Positions 19,483-30,536 are shown, counted from the stretch's first letter. The stretch: 64,000 nt of DNA from Anaeromyxobacter sp. (GCA_049840735.1 JASGJN010000017.1:288001-352000); one strand, 5' to 3'. The notes: generated by a model not told the origin, from the letters alone. Numbers and translations: made by a program.

Positions 19483-22400
19483 CTAGCGCGTCAGCACGAA
19501 GTAGTTCGGGATGCAGCTGCCGTTGCCAGGGGCGGCGTACGGCAGGCAGCGGGCGTCGCTCCAGTGGACCACCTGGCCGTTCACGTAGCAGTACTCGTTC
19601 CCGTAGCCGTTGGCGCCGTACCTCCCGTAGGCCTGCTCCAGCGCGCTCCAGCCCACGGTGGCCCGGCCTGGATGTCCGAGCAGGGGCCCCATGTGCTCGA
19701 GGATGTAGTTGGCGCTCGCGTCCTGGCCGTCGCACCGGTAGTGGTACAGCGGCATGGAGGTGTTGCCGTTGAAGTACGGCATCTCGCAGCTGAGCGTGGT
19801 GGCGGTGGTGAGGATTCCGCGGGTGCAGCTGACGTAGATGCCGTTGGCCAGCAGGAGCCGGTTGTTGGCGAAGTCCACGTTGGTCCAGCCGCCGCCTGCG
19901 GTGGTCATGTCGCAATAGGCGGAGAGCTGCGCCGCCGGGCCGGTGCCGTCGCTGTCCACTGCATACCAGCCGGTGGGCGCCGCGGGCGCCATGGCATGGA
20001 TGGCGGCGCAGGACGGAGGGGCCACGCAGGTCACCGCCACGCCGGTCACCGCCGCGCCGGCCATGATCCCCGAGCCGCCGGTGACGGAGCAGATCTGCAG
20101 CGTGGGCTGGGTGGCGACGGTCACCGCGTAGGGGGCGCCGCTCGCCACGCTGGCCGGGAAGCTGAAAACACCGTCCTGGGTGACGCTGATGGCGTCGCCG
20201 CCGTTGTTCTGGAGGACGAGGCCCGTGCCGGTGAGCCCCGCCACCGAGCCACCCACCGGGTAGGTGCGGGTGACGCAGTCCACCGCCAGCGTGACCGCCG
20301 TTCCGCCCGCGGTGCCGGTGGGGGCAGCCACGGTGCAGGTCTGCCAGGGAGCGGTCGGCTGGGTCAGGACCGAGACCGTGTAGGGGGCGCCGCTCGCCAC
20401 CTGGGCCGGGAACGTCGCGAGGCCGTCGGCGGACACGGCCAGGTTGTTCCCGCCGTCGAGCTGCAGCACCAGGCCGCTGCCGGCCAACCCTTGCACATCC
20501 ACGGAGAGGTCGTAGGTGTTCGTGGTGCAGGCGACCGCCACCGCGGTCACGGCGCCACCGTGGACGGTGCCGCTCCCCTGGCTGACCGCGCAGGTCTGCC
20601 AGGGGTTCTGCGGCTGCGACGCCACGCTGACGTCGTAGGCGCCTCCGGAGGCCACCGGCGTGGGGAAGGCGAAGCTGCCGTCGCCGGACAGCGCGACAGG
20701 ATCCCCACCGCCGTTGAGCAGGGTCAGCCCCTGGCCTGCGAGGCCGGTGACCGTCCCCCCACCGCGTAGGCGTCCAGCTGGCAGTTGACGGTGATGGAGC
20801 CCACGTCGGCGCCACCCACGGTGCCCGTGCCGCCGCTCACGGCGCAGTGTTGCCACGGGTAGGTCGGCTGCTGCGCCACGGTGACCTCGAAGGCGCTGCC
20901 GCTCTCCAGCGTGGTCGGGAAGGTGAAGCCGCCGTCGGCGGGCACGGGGAGGGTCTCCCCGCCGGCGCCCTGCAGCACCAGGCCGCTCCCGGACAGGCCG
21001 CTGACCGTGCCTCCCACGGCGTAGCGGTGGGTGACGCAAGTGACGGCGACGTCGGCCACCTCGGCGCTGGTCACGGGGCCGCTGCCGCCGCTGACGGTGC
21101 AGGTCTGCCAGGGGTTGGTGGGCTGGGTCAGGACCGTCACGTCGTAGGTCCCGCCGCTCGCCACCGCCGCCGGGAACCTGAACGCGCCGCTGGCGGTGAG
21201 CGTCAGGTCGTCTCCGCCGCCGTTCTGCAGCACCACCGGCGCGGCCAGGCCGCTGATCGTGCCGCTCACCGCATAGGTGTTGGTGGTGCAGTGGACCGCC
21301 ACGCCGGTCACGCCCTCGCCGCCCACGATGCCGCTGCCGCCGCTGACCGTGCAGGTCTGCCAGGGGTGCGTGGGCTGGGTGGCCACCGAGATGGCGAAAG
21401 GCTGGCCGCTGTCCACCGGCGAGGCGAAGGTGAAGGCTCCATCAGCCCCGACCACCAGGTCGTCACCCTCCCCGTTCCGGAGCACCAGGCCGGCGCCCGC
21501 CAGCCCGCTGACCGTGCCGCCGACCGTGAAGCGGTCGGTGGTGCAGTCGATGGCCACGTCGGTGACGTCGCTGCCGGCCACTGCGCCGCTGCCGCGGGTG
21601 ACGGCGCAGGTCTGCCAGGGCGAGGTCGGCTGCGAGACGATGCTCACCTCGTAGGCCGCGCCGCTCGGCACCAGCGTCGGGAAGGAGAAGCCTCCGTCCG
21701 CTCCGACCGTCACCGGCGGGAGCCCGCCCAGCGAGAGCTGCAGGCCCGAGCCGGCCAGGCCGTTCACGACGCCGCCCACGGTGTGCTGATCGGTGGTGCA
21801 GTTGACGGTGAGGGTGGTGACCGCGCCGCCGCCCACCAGCCCCTGCCCGCCCACCAGCGTGCAGGTCTGCCAGGGGCCGGTGGGCTGCTGCGAGACCCAG
21901 ACGTCGAAGGCGTCACCGCTCCTGAAGGCGGTCGGGAAGGCGAAGCTCCCGTCCGAGAGGATGGGCAGCTCCTGCCCGTCGGCGGAGCGGAGCACCAGCC
22001 CCAGGCCGTCCACGCCGTAGGCGATGCCTCCCACCGAGTAGGCCTGGGTGGCGCAGGTGACGGTCACCGCGCTCACCGGGCCGCCGGCCATGGTGCCGGT
22101 GCCGTCCTCCACCGTGCAGGCCTGCCAGCGATGGGTCGGCTGGGCCGCCACCGTGATGGCGTAGTCCGCGCCGCTCTCCAGCGCCGGGAAGCTGAACAGC
22201 CCGTCGGCCGCGACCGGGACCCGGTTGCCGCGCTGGTCCACCAGGACCAGCCCCTCGCCGTCGAGGCCGCTGACCACGCCGCCCAGGGCGAACGCGTCGC
22301 TGGCGCAGGTGACGGTCACGCTGGTCACCGGGGACGAGGCGACCGTCCCCTGCCCCATGGCCACGGCGCAGGTCTGCCAGGGGCCGATGGGCTGGGCCGC

Positions 22401-23132
22401 CACCGTCACGTCGAAGTCGGTGCCGCTCAGCAGCGGCTCCGGGAAGGCGAAGCTGCCGTTGGCGCCGACCGCGATCTCGCTGCCGGCGCCGCTGCGGAGC
22501 ACCAGGCCAGCTCCGGCCAGGCCGGTCACCGTACCGCCCAGGGTGAAACGGTCGGTCGAGCAGTTGACCAGCACGCTGGCGACGTCGCCGTTGCCGATGG
22601 TGCCCGAGCCGCCGCTGACCGCGCAGGTCTGGCTGGGGCTCGAGGGCTGGCTGGCCACCGACACGGTGAAGGTCGCGCCGCTGGGCACCGCGTGCGGGAA
22701 GGTGAAGGCCCCGTCGGCCCCGACCGCCAGGTCGTCCCCCCCGGCGTTCTGCAGGACGAGCCCCGCTCCCCGCAGGCCCGCCACCGTGCCGCCCACCCTG
22801 AACTCGGAGGTGGCGCAGATCACCTGCAGCTCGGTGACGTCCGCCTCCGGCGTGAAGGTGCCGCCCACCACCGCGCAGGCCTGCCAGGGCGAGCTGGGCT
22901 GCCGGACCACGCTCACCGTCACCTCCCGGCCGGCGCGGACCTTGCGCGGAAACTGGAAGGTGCCGGCGCCGGGCTCGACGGAGAGCGGCGCGCCTGCGCC
23001 CAGGGACAGCTGCAGCCCCGTGCCCTCGAGGCCAGCCACCGTGCCACCGACCGAGACGTCGTGGACCTGCTTCGAGCAGCCGGCCAGCAGCGCCAGCCCG
23101 GCGAGGAGCGTCGTCGCGGCGATGGGTCGCAT
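19483..23132 (-). CDS. Large surface lipoprotein with 12 ~80-aa beta repeats and a C-terminal fibrinogen-like domain; frameshift near 20757
   Basis: Lipobox LLAGC; repeats (Y/F)xVGGTVxGL...QPxxPWQTCxV...VxVxC; YCDMTTAGGGWT motif; the shift sits in a G6 run. Confidence 0.88.
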
Positions 23133-23420
23133 GGTTCTCCTTGGGGTCACACGCACTACGGGTACATCCACTCTTCGTACTAGCCGGACGCACCGTATCG
23201 GAGTGCGCGAGCCCCTGCGAGCCCTCGACCCGGGGACGCGATATCCACGGTCGGTCAAGGGCGCGGAATGATCCACGTCACGCAACGTGTAGGATGGCCT
23301 GGAGCCCCGGGGCACCCTGGTCGCGCCGGCTCGTCCCGCGAGCGCGGGACGATGCGGTCTGGCCGCGCAGGCTGCTACAGTCGTCGGCAGCGGACCCCAG
23401 CGCCGCCAGGAGCGCCCGAC

Positions 23421-23849
23421 ATGAAGAAGCTGATCCTCTCCCTCGCCGCCCTCGCCGTCGCCGTCCCGGCCGCCGCGCAGTCGAAGGCCTCCACGCGGAC
23501 CACCCTCTGCGCCGAGTACGAGGGGAGCTGGAGATCGGAGGACCTGGCCAAGGAGCCCTGGCAGGAGAAGGCGACCACCGTCTGCAAGGAGGGCGAGGAC
23601 GATGAGTGGACCTGCGTCATTCACCTCCCTACCGACGAGGCCTGGCTGTTCGAGGGCGGCTCGAGGGGCCGCGAAGGTCAGGGCCACTACGTCGAGGCCT
23701 ACGACGAAGACAAGGGGCTCACCCTCCAGCTCGTCTGCCGCGACGGGGCCCTGAAGGACTGCATCGGCATCCGCGTCTTCAACGAGGAGCAGAAGAAGGG
23801 GATGCAGTGCCTGGACGAGTCGGCCGTGTCCGAGGAGGAGGAGGAGTAG
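23421..23849 (+). CDS. Secreted acidic Cys-containing hypothetical protein
   Basis: AGGAG RBS, Sec signal MKKLILSLAALAVAVPAAA, six Cys, poly-Glu tail. Confidence 0.8.
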   Translation: MKKLILSLAALAVAVPAAAQSKASTRTTLCAEYEGSWRSEDLAKEPWQEKATTVCKEGEDDEWTCVIHLPTDEAWLFEGGSRGREGQGHYVEAYDEDKGLTLQLVCRDGALKDCIGIRVFNEEQKKGMQCLDESAVSEEEEE

Positions 23850-23977
23850 CCTCGGCAGCATCCGCACGGCGCAGCTCCTGCCTGACGAGCGTCGAGGCCG
23901 GCCCGGAACTCCCGGACCGGCCTCGGTGCTTCAGGCGCCCTGCCGCCCGACCCCTTCGCCTTCATCGCTGCTGGAAG

Positions 23978-24051
23978 TGACCCCGGCGTGACTCGAACAC
24001 GCGACCTGCGGTTTAGGAAACCGCCGCTCTATCCGGCTGAGCTACGGGGCC
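23978..24051 (-). tRNA. tRNA-Arg(CCT), CCA not encoded
   Basis: GGCCCCG acceptor stem, TAGCTCAG D-arm, anticodon loop TTCCTAA, GTTCGAGTC T-loop. Confidence 0.96.
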
Positions 24052-24215
24052 AAGTACTGGAACCCTCTACCGAAACATCGAACCTCTTGCCAGCCCAAAG
24101 GTGCGGCCCGGAAGGCGCATCCAGGGCAGGGCGAGGGCGGCCGGCGGTATATCACACCTTCCGTCGCGGGACGCGGGCCGAGCCCTTCCCTCTCGAGCAC
24201 GTCCGCCGACCGGGG

Positions 24216-24761
24216 CTAGAAGGCGTCTGCCAGGGGCGCCTGGAAACGGCAACAGGCCGTCACGATCGCTTCGGCATCGGCAGGATTGACCACCTTCGCC
24301 GAGGAGGAGGCGGTCATCTGGGGAGTGTACTGGTACCGCGGCGCCCACCGCGATCCGTTGTCCACCAGCATGTAGACCTCGGTGCGTTCGGTGCCCGTGA
24401 CCCGGACCGTGCCGGAGACGTCCACGAAGACGGTCTGGCCAGCCACCAACTCGACGGTGGTCGCGATGTCCTTCTGTCCGGACCCGCTGGGCCACTGGAC
24501 CGTGAGCCTTCGCTCGCCTGGTGCGACCAAGACGCGCGTGAAGCCCCCGTCCCGCAGCTCGACCAGGGCCTGGCCATCGAGTCGTACCGTGGGGACGGAG
24601 CCGACCGGCTCGGCGCGCTGGCGGTAGACGTAGAGCAACGTCTTTCCTGGCGCTGGCTCCAGCGCGGGGAGGCTGGAGAGCCGCGGACCGCTGGCACGGC
24701 TGGCGCAGCCGGCGAGAATGATCAGGAGCAGTGCTGCCCAGCGGTTCGCATGGTGTTGCAT
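24216..24761 (-). CDS. DUF2846-like lipoprotein
   Basis: Lipobox ILAGC; LLYVYRQ...VRLDGQ...LRDGGFTRVLVAPG pattern. Confidence 0.75.
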   Translation of the reverse strand: MQHHANRWAALLLIILAGCASRASGPRLSSLPALEPAPGKTLLYVYRQRAEPVGSVPTVRLDGQALVELRDGGFTRVLVAPGERRLTVQWPSGSGQKDIATTVELVAGQTVFVDVSGTVRVTGTERTEVYMLVDNGSRWAPRYQYTPQMTASSSAKVVNPADAEAIVTACCRFQAPLADAF

Positions 24762-24781
24762 GAAGGGACTCCCCGGAGTGG

Positions 24782-25903
24782 TCAGTGGACCGGATGGCCG
24801 GGCGCGGCCGCATCTCCCGCAGCGATGGCCGCCTGCTGCCTGCGCAGGATTTGACCTGCGAGTCGCCGCACGGCATCCGGATCTTCGGCCCGACCGGCCA
24901 CGACCGCCATCGCGTACTGGGCCGACGCACCGTTCGGATCGAGCCGCCGCGCCAGCTCGATCTCGCGGCGCGCCTCCTCCATCCGACCTTCCTTCGCGAG
25001 CACCACGGCCAGCGCGCCATGGCTCTCCCCGAAGTTGTGGTCGAGCCGCAGGGCGGACTCGAACGCCTCGCGCGCGCCCGGCAGGTCCTGCAGGAAGAAC
25101 CGGCACCAGCCCAGGCCGATCCAGGTCCCGATGTGGCGCGGCATGGTGACGATCGCCTTGAGGAACGCCTCGGTGGCGCCCTGCAGGTCGGCCTTCAGCA
25201 TCCTCCCCATGGCGAGCCCCGACCAGCTCCGGCCGTCGTTCGGGTTGGCGTCCAAGGCCCGGCCGAACCAGCCCAGCGCCCCCTCCGCGTCGGTGGCGGC
25301 CAGCGACACGGTTCCCCTGGCCGCCAAGGCCTCCAGCAGGTCCGCCCGGCCGGCCAGGCCGCGGTCCGCCCAGGCGGCAGCCTCGGAGAGCGCGCCAGCA
25401 TCGGCGGCGGCCAGGCTGGCCACCCCGAAGGCCTCGGCAGGCAGCGCACCGCCCGGGATGGCCGCACGGAACTCGGGGAGCAGGACGTCCAGCTGGTCGA
25501 GCTGGTGCTGGCAGCGCAGCCAGAGCACCCAGGCGATGGGCAGCGCGGCACGGAGCGGAGCAGCCAGCGCAGCCGCCTCGGCGTACTTCCCCTGCCCGAA
25601 CAGCGCGTAGGCCAGGTTGTACCGCACCACCGGGTTGTCCTGCCCTGCCGACAGCAGCGCCTCCAGCGCGAGCTGCGCCTCGGCGAAACGAGAGGTGGCC
25701 AGGAGCAGGTTGGCCCGGCGGTTCACCCAGGCACCGTCGGTGGGCTTCTCCCGCAGCGCAGCCTCCGCGTGGTGCTCGGCCAGCTCGAAGCGCCCTGCCG
25801 CGAGCGCGGCGTCGAAGACGTCGGCCCGCAGGTTCCAGTTGCCCGGATCCAGCTCCAGATAGCGCAGCAGCCGCTCCAGCACGCTCTCACCCGTCCCGCT
25901 CAT
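24782..25903 (-). CDS. Cytoplasmic tetratricopeptide-repeat protein at the end of the flagellar-like cluster
   Basis: Multiple TPR helices (ALDANPNDGRSWSGL, ALRLDHNFGESHGAL); no signal peptide. Confidence 0.85.
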   Translation of the reverse strand: MSGTGESVLERLLRYLELDPGNWNLRADVFDAALAAGRFELAEHHAEAALREKPTDGAWVNRRANLLLATSRFAEAQLALEALLSAGQDNPVVRYNLAYALFGQGKYAEAAALAAPLRAALPIAWVLWLRCQHQLDQLDVLLPEFRAAIPGGALPAEAFGVASLAAADAGALSEAAAWADRGLAGRADLLEALAARGTVSLAATDAEGALGWFGRALDANPNDGRSWSGLAMGRMLKADLQGATEAFLKAIVTMPRHIGTWIGLGWCRFFLQDLPGAREAFESALRLDHNFGESHGALAVVLAKEGRMEEARREIELARRLDPNGASAQYAMAVVAGRAEDPDAVRRLAGQILRRQQAAIAAGDAAAPGHPVH

Positions 25904-25936
25904 CTCGCTCTCCTGCCGGGCAGCCCTCAACCCGTC

Positions 25937-26764
25937 CTAGTAAGTGACGTCGCACGACTCGGCCTTGCTGACCAGCTTCCGGAGACGTTCGAGCGCCTGG
26001 CGGTGCAGCTGGGAGATGCGCCCCTTGGTCAGCTCCAGGCCTCGCGCGATCTCCTCGAACAGCTTGGCCTCGCCGTAGTGGAGCTTCAGGATCGTCCGCT
26101 CGTTGTCCGGCAACCTGTCCACCATGCGCCAGATCAGCTCGCGCGTCTGGCGGAGCTCCAGCTGCTTGTAGGCATCGTCCGGCAGGGGGTCCAGCGGCTC
26201 CGGGATGACTCCGATCCCTTCGAGGATGTAGCCGATGGCCAGGCCCACGCCGATGTCCCCCAGCTCCTCCAGCAGCCGGCTCGCCTGGTCGGGCGTGATG
26301 CGCTCCGGCGCGAGCGAGCCCAGCCGGTCCATCGCCATCCTCCGCCGGCAGGAGGACTGCTCCTGCTGCTCGGTCAGGTGGTCGATGCCGTCGTGGACGG
26401 CGCCCACGATCCGCGGGGTTGCGTAGGTGGTGAACCGGGCTGCGCTGGACGGCTCGTAGCGCTCGACCGCCTCGAGCAGGCCCACCACCGCGAACTGCCG
26501 GTATTCCTCGAACTCGATGCCGGGCAGGAACCGCCGGCGGAACACCCGCAGCGCCAGGCGCGCGGCGAACGGACGATAGCGATCGATGAGCTCGGTCCGC
26601 GCCCGCTCGTCCCCGGCGCCGCGCCAGCGGGCCCACAGCGCCGCGTCGCGCCGGACCGGCACCCCGCCCTGCTGCTCCTCCTCGCCGCGCACGCCCGGGC
26701 CGGCGGCCTCCTGGGCCTCCATCTCCGGATAGCGCATCCAGCGCTGGCGGCGGGACGAGTCCAC
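25937..26764 (-). CDS. fliA: FliA/WhiG-family (sigma-28-like) RNA polymerase sigma factor
   Basis: GLLEAVERYEP...FTTYATPRIVGA (region 2) and EIARGLELTKGRISQLH (region 4.2). Confidence 0.88.
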   Translation of the reverse strand: MDSSRRQRWMRYPEMEAQEAAGPGVRGEEEQQGGVPVRRDAALWARWRGAGDERARTELIDRYRPFAARLALRVFRRRFLPGIEFEEYRQFAVVGLLEAVERYEPSSAARFTTYATPRIVGAVHDGIDHLTEQQEQSSCRRRMAMDRLGSLAPERITPDQASRLLEELGDIGVGLAIGYILEGIGVIPEPLDPLPDDAYKQLELRQTRELIWRMVDRLPDNERTILKLHYGEAKLFEEIARGLELTKGRISQLHRQALERLRKLVSKAESCDVTY

Positions 26765-26773
26765 GTGGCCCTG

Positions 26774-27595
26774 TCAGTGGAAGGACCCGACCAGCGCCCG
26801 CACCAGCAGGCCCCAGCCGTCGACCAGCACGAACATCAGGATCTTGAGCGGCAGGCTCACCGTGGTGGGTGGCATCATCATCATGCCCAGCGCCATCAGG
26901 ATGCTGGAGATGACCAGGTCGATGAGCAGGAAGGGCAGGAAGACCACGAAGCCGATCTGGAAGGCGGCCCGCAGCTCCGACAGCATGTAGGCGGGGATCA
27001 GCTGGACGTTGCTGATGTCGTCCATGGTCCGCGGCGCCTCGGCCTTGGACAGCTCCACCATCAAGGCCAGATCCTCCTCACGCGTCTGGCGGACCATGAA
27101 CTCGCGGAGCGGTGCCATTCCCTTCTGGAAGCCCGCCTCCATCGACACCTTCCCTTCCATGAAGGGCTGGAAGGCGTCGACGTTCACCTTCTGGATCACG
27201 GGCGCCATGGTGAAGAGCGTCAGGAAGAGCGACAGCCCGATCAGCACCGGGTTCGGCGGCGTCTCGTTCATCCCCAGCGCGTGGCGCAGGATGGAGAGCA
27301 CGATGATGCTGCGCAGGAACGGCGTGAGGCAGATGACCAGCGCCGGCAGGATGGCCAGCACCGTCAGCCCCAGCATGATCCGCAGCGACTGGGCCGTCTC
27401 GCTCTCGCCGAGCACGATGGGCCTGCCGGATGGCGCCGAGGGCGCGCTGGGCGGCGTGGGAGACGAGGCGCGGCGCGGCGCGGGCGCGCTGGGCACCGGC
27501 GCGGGGTCCGCCGCCTGCGCGGCTGCAGGCATCGAGCCGAGGACGCCACCGGACAGGGCTACGCAGAGCAGCGCCCGCGACAGGAAGCGCCTCAC
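26774..27595 (-). CDS. fliP: Flagellar-type export gate protein FliP
   Basis: TPPNPVLIGLSLFLT, IPAYMLSELRAAFQIG and MGMMMPP...PLKILMFVLVDGW-type motifs. Confidence 0.96.
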   Translation of the reverse strand: MRRFLSRALLCVALSGGVLGSMPAAAQAADPAPVPSAPAPRRASSPTPPSAPSAPSGRPIVLGESETAQSLRIMLGLTVLAILPALVICLTPFLRSIIVLSILRHALGMNETPPNPVLIGLSLFLTLFTMAPVIQKVNVDAFQPFMEGKVSMEAGFQKGMAPLREFMVRQTREEDLALMVELSKAEAPRTMDDISNVQLIPAYMLSELRAAFQIGFVVFLPFLLIDLVISSILMALGMMMMPPTTVSLPLKILMFVLVDGWGLLVRALVGSFH

Positions 27596-28068
27596 GGCCT
27601 TGCCTCCGCCGGCTCGGCCTTCCCAGGCTCCGGCTCCGCACCGTCCCGCTGACCGAGCACCGTGATGGAGCCGTCGGTGGCGCCCAGGAGCAGCTCCTTC
27701 CCCTCCCACGAGACCACGTGCACGCTGGCCCGCGGGGTGAGGCGCGCCGATCTGAGCACGCGCAGGCGATCCGACCTCCCGCCCCCGCCCAGCCAGGCCA
27801 TGGGGAGCCCAGCGGCGCCGCCCTTCCCGGCCGACCCGCGCGAGCGCTGCCGCAGCACCACCGCCAGCGCCACGGCCAGCACGCCGGCGATCACCAGCCA
27901 GCCCAGCGTTCCACGGCCGGCGCCCACCGGGCCTTCCGGATCGCGGCGCAGCGGGATCTCGGCTGGGAAGTGGACCCCGCCCGACTGCGCCGGCTGGTCG
28001 GCGCGCGCCGCGCCTGCGACCGGCACCAGCAGGAGCGCGGCCGCCACGGACAGGCTACGGAGCCGCAT
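27592..28068 (-). CDS. fliO: FliO-like protein
   Basis: TM segment followed by LRVLRSARLTPRASVHVV...ELLLGATDGSITVL; lies between fliN and fliP. Confidence 0.8.
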   Translation of the reverse strand: MRLRSLSVAAALLLVPVAGAARADQPAQSGGVHFPAEIPLRRDPEGPVGAGRGTLGWLVIAGVLAVALAVVLRQRSRGSAGKGGAAGLPMAWLGGGGRSDRLRVLRSARLTPRASVHVVSWEGKELLLGATDGSITVLGQRDGAEPEPGKAEPAEARP

Positions 28069-28456
28069 CAGGCGTCCCGGCCAGGGGGGCGTGGAGCGCC
28101 ACCGGCAGCTCGGTGATGCGGACCGCGAACTGATCGTCCACGGCGAGGAGCGTGCCGCGCGCCACCACCTCGCCGTCGAGCAGCAGGTCCACAGGCTGCT
28201 CCACGGCGCGGTCCAGCTTGAGCACCTGGTGCGCCTGGGCGGCGAGCAGCTCGCCCACCGTCAGCGACACGGAGCCCACGTGGACCGCCAGGCGCACCTT
28301 CACGTTGCGCAGCGGGTTGGGGCGGCCGCCCTCGTTCCCCAGGAGCGGTGCCCCGAGGGCGCCGGCCGGGGCCGGCTCCAGCTCGGGCATCGCCAGCGTG
28401 TGGACGGTGGGGGCGTTGCCGCCGGGGACAGGCGTCGGGTGCTGATCGGACATCAT
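28055..28456 (-). CDS. fliN: C-ring protein FliN
   Basis: SpoA domain (VGSVSLTVGELL...PVDLLLDGEVVARGTLLAVDDQFAVRITEL). Confidence 0.9.
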   Translation of the reverse strand: MMSDQHPTPVPGGNAPTVHTLAMPELEPAPAGALGAPLLGNEGGRPNPLRNVKVRLAVHVGSVSLTVGELLAAQAHQVLKLDRAVEQPVDLLLDGEVVARGTLLAVDDQFAVRITELPVALHAPLAGTPDAAP

Positions 28457-29358
28457 CGGATCTCGTGGGAAGGGTTGGGGTGACCAGCGGCGGCCAGCTC
28501 GATGGCGCGGTGGGCGCCGAGCCGGCCCAGGTAGCAGTGGGCGAGCGGCTCGCCATGCCCGCTGCAGGCTCCGTCCGCGAGCACGGTCGCCGGGACATCC
28601 AGGCGGTGGGTGGTCCGCACCACGTCGCCGACCCTGAGCGCGGCCAGCGCGCCCAGATCCAGCTCGAACGCGGAGAGCTGGACGTGAAGGCTGGCGCGCC
28701 GCGAAGCCAGGGCACGGAAGACCGGGGCCAGCGGGCGTGCGGGGGCGGCCGGGGCGCGGTGGAGAGGGACCAGCCGGCCCACCACCTCCGGCGCCACCAG
28801 CACGGCGAGCTCCAGGCCTGGGATGCGCAGCCGGAGGACCAGCGACCCGCTGAAGCCGCCCAGGACCCCCGCGGCCGGCACGCTGGCGGCGTACATGGCG
28901 TCCGACTTCTCCGCCCCCAGCCCGACGCGCAGCCGGGCCTGGAGATCACCCCAGGCGCCCTGCGCGGCCTCGGCCGACGCCGCCGGCGGGCTGTCCCATC
29001 GCGTGGCGGACGGGCTCGCGGCCGCGCCGAACAGGGCTGCCTCCAGCCGGCTGCCGGCCTCGGCTGCGCCGCCCTCGACCTGCCACCACAGCCCTGCCGC
29101 GCCCTCCAGCCGCGTCCAGCGGCCGGCGGCGCCCAGGCCCCGCTCGCGCGCGGCGAACACGGCCTCGGCCTCCGCGCCGCAGCTGGGCTCGTCGAGGCCC
29201 CAGGCCGACGCCCAGTCGCCCAGCGCCACGCCCGCGACCCGCGCCACCTCGGCCCGCTCTGCGGCCGTGTAGCACCGGAACGGCCGGGCGCGCGCCGAGT
29301 CGGCGGGCGTGAGCAGGCCGGAGGGCAAGGGGCCCGCCTGTGCTGCGGTAGGGCTCAC
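28453..29358 (-). CDS. Divergent FliM/SctQ-like protein with only the C-terminal SpoA domain recognisable
   Basis: LDLGALAALRVGDVV...RLD...YLGRLGAHRAIEL; no N-terminal LSQxEID motif. Confidence 0.7.
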   Translation of the reverse strand: MSPTAAQAGPLPSGLLTPADSARARPFRCYTAAERAEVARVAGVALGDWASAWGLDEPSCGAEAEAVFAARERGLGAAGRWTRLEGAAGLWWQVEGGAAEAGSRLEAALFGAAASPSATRWDSPPAASAEAAQGAWGDLQARLRVGLGAEKSDAMYAASVPAAGVLGGFSGSLVLRLRIPGLELAVLVAPEVVGRLVPLHRAPAAPARPLAPVFRALASRRASLHVQLSAFELDLGALAALRVGDVVRTTHRLDVPATVLADGACSGHGEPLAHCYLGRLGAHRAIELAAAGHPNPSHEIR

Positions 29359-30536
29359 TTGCTCCTCATCCCGAACAGCTCGTTGATCATCTCGCTGGCG
29401 GTGGACACGACCTGCGAGGAGGCCTGGTAGCCCCGCTGCATGATCACCAGGTCGCTGAACTGCTGCGAGAGGTCCACGTTGGAGAGCTCCAGCATGCCGG
29501 AGCGGACCGGGCCGAAGCCGGCCTGCTCGGGCCGGCCGATGAGCCAGCCGAGGCCGTCCTTGGCGGCGAACTCGTTGTTGCCGAGCGACTCGACGGCGTC
29601 CTGGGAGCTGAAGTTGCCCAGCGCCAGGCGCGAGCTGTTGACCTTCTGGCCGTTCGAGTAGGAGAGCACCAGCGTGCCGGCGGTGTCGAACGCGGTGCCG
29701 ACCAGCGAGCCGGGCGGGTAACCGTTGGCGGTGTCCATCACCAGGGTGCTGGAGGTACCGCCGTCCGAGGACGTCACGTTGTTGGTGAAGTCCAGCGTCA
29801 GCGTGGTGGGCGTCTGCCCGGCGGGCGCATAGGTCAGCGCGACGGTGGCGTGGGCCGGGTCGGTCCGACCGTTCAGGAAGGCGATCTGCCCCGAGCCGAC
29901 CTCGGTGGTGCCATCCAGCAGCGTCACGGTCCAGCTGCCGGGCGTGCCGGTGACCTGATCGAACCGCACCGAGAGCGTGTGGGCGCTCCCGGCCGCGTCG
30001 TAGACCCTCACCGAACCCACCGTGCTGGTGGCGGCGCCGGTGGTCAGGTTGCCGCGGAAGGTGACGTTGGTGGTGGCGGTCGCCGCCTGGGTTCGCTGGG
30101 TGGTGAGGTCGATGGGGGTGAGGTTCCCCTGCGCGTCCAGCGCCATCACCTGCTCGCCGGTGGCGCTCGAGACCAGCACGCCGTCCGCGTTGAACTCGAA
30201 CTGCCCGGCCCGGGTGAAGTGGATGTTCCCGGCGCTGTCGCGCAGGACGAAGAGCCCCTGCCCGTCCACCGCCAGGTCCAGCGCGTTGCCGGTGTTCTGC
30301 AGCTGCCCGGGCTTGAAGTTGATGGTCGTGCCCAGGGTGTTGAGGCCGAACCCGTACTGGCCCGACTGGTAGGAGCCGAGGCCGTAGCCGTTGTTGGCGT
30401 AGAACATGTCGGCGAACTGCAGCGCCGATCCCTTGAAGCCCGGGGTGTTCAGGTTGGCGGTGTTGTTGGCGATGACGCGCAGGCCGCGCTGGTAGCCCTG
30501 CAGGCCGGACATGGCGATGAAGATGGTGTCGATCAT
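29355..30536 (-). CDS. flgE: Flagellar hook protein FlgE
   Basis: AMSGL...IANNTANLNTPGFK, TGNALDLAVDG, FTRAGQF and LELSNVDLSQQFSDLVIMQRGYQA. Confidence 0.95.
   Translation of the reverse strand: MIDTIFIAMSGLQGYQRGLRVIANNTANLNTPGFKGSALQFADMFYANNGYGLGSYQSGQYGFGLNTLGTTINFKPGQLQNTGNALDLAVDGQGLFVLRDSAGNIHFTRAGQFEFNADGVLVSSATGEQVMALDAQGNLTPIDLTTQRTQAATATTNVTFRGNLTTGAATSTVGSVRVYDAAGSAHTLSVRFDQVTGTPGSWTVTLLDGTTEVGSGQIAFLNGRTDPAHATVALTYAPAGQTPTTLTLDFTNNVTSSDGGTSSTLVMDTANGYPPGSLVGTAFDTAGTLVLSYSNGQKVNSSRLALGNFSSQDAVESLGNNEFAAKDGLGWLIGRPEQAGFGPVRSGMLELSNVDLSQQFSDLVIMQRGYQASSQVVSTASEMINELFGMRSK

Noticed and set aside
23978..24051. tRNA-Arg as the integration site of the secretion cluster
   Set aside because: The cluster lies on the tRNA's 5' side, and no integrase or duplicated tRNA 3' end was seen in the window.
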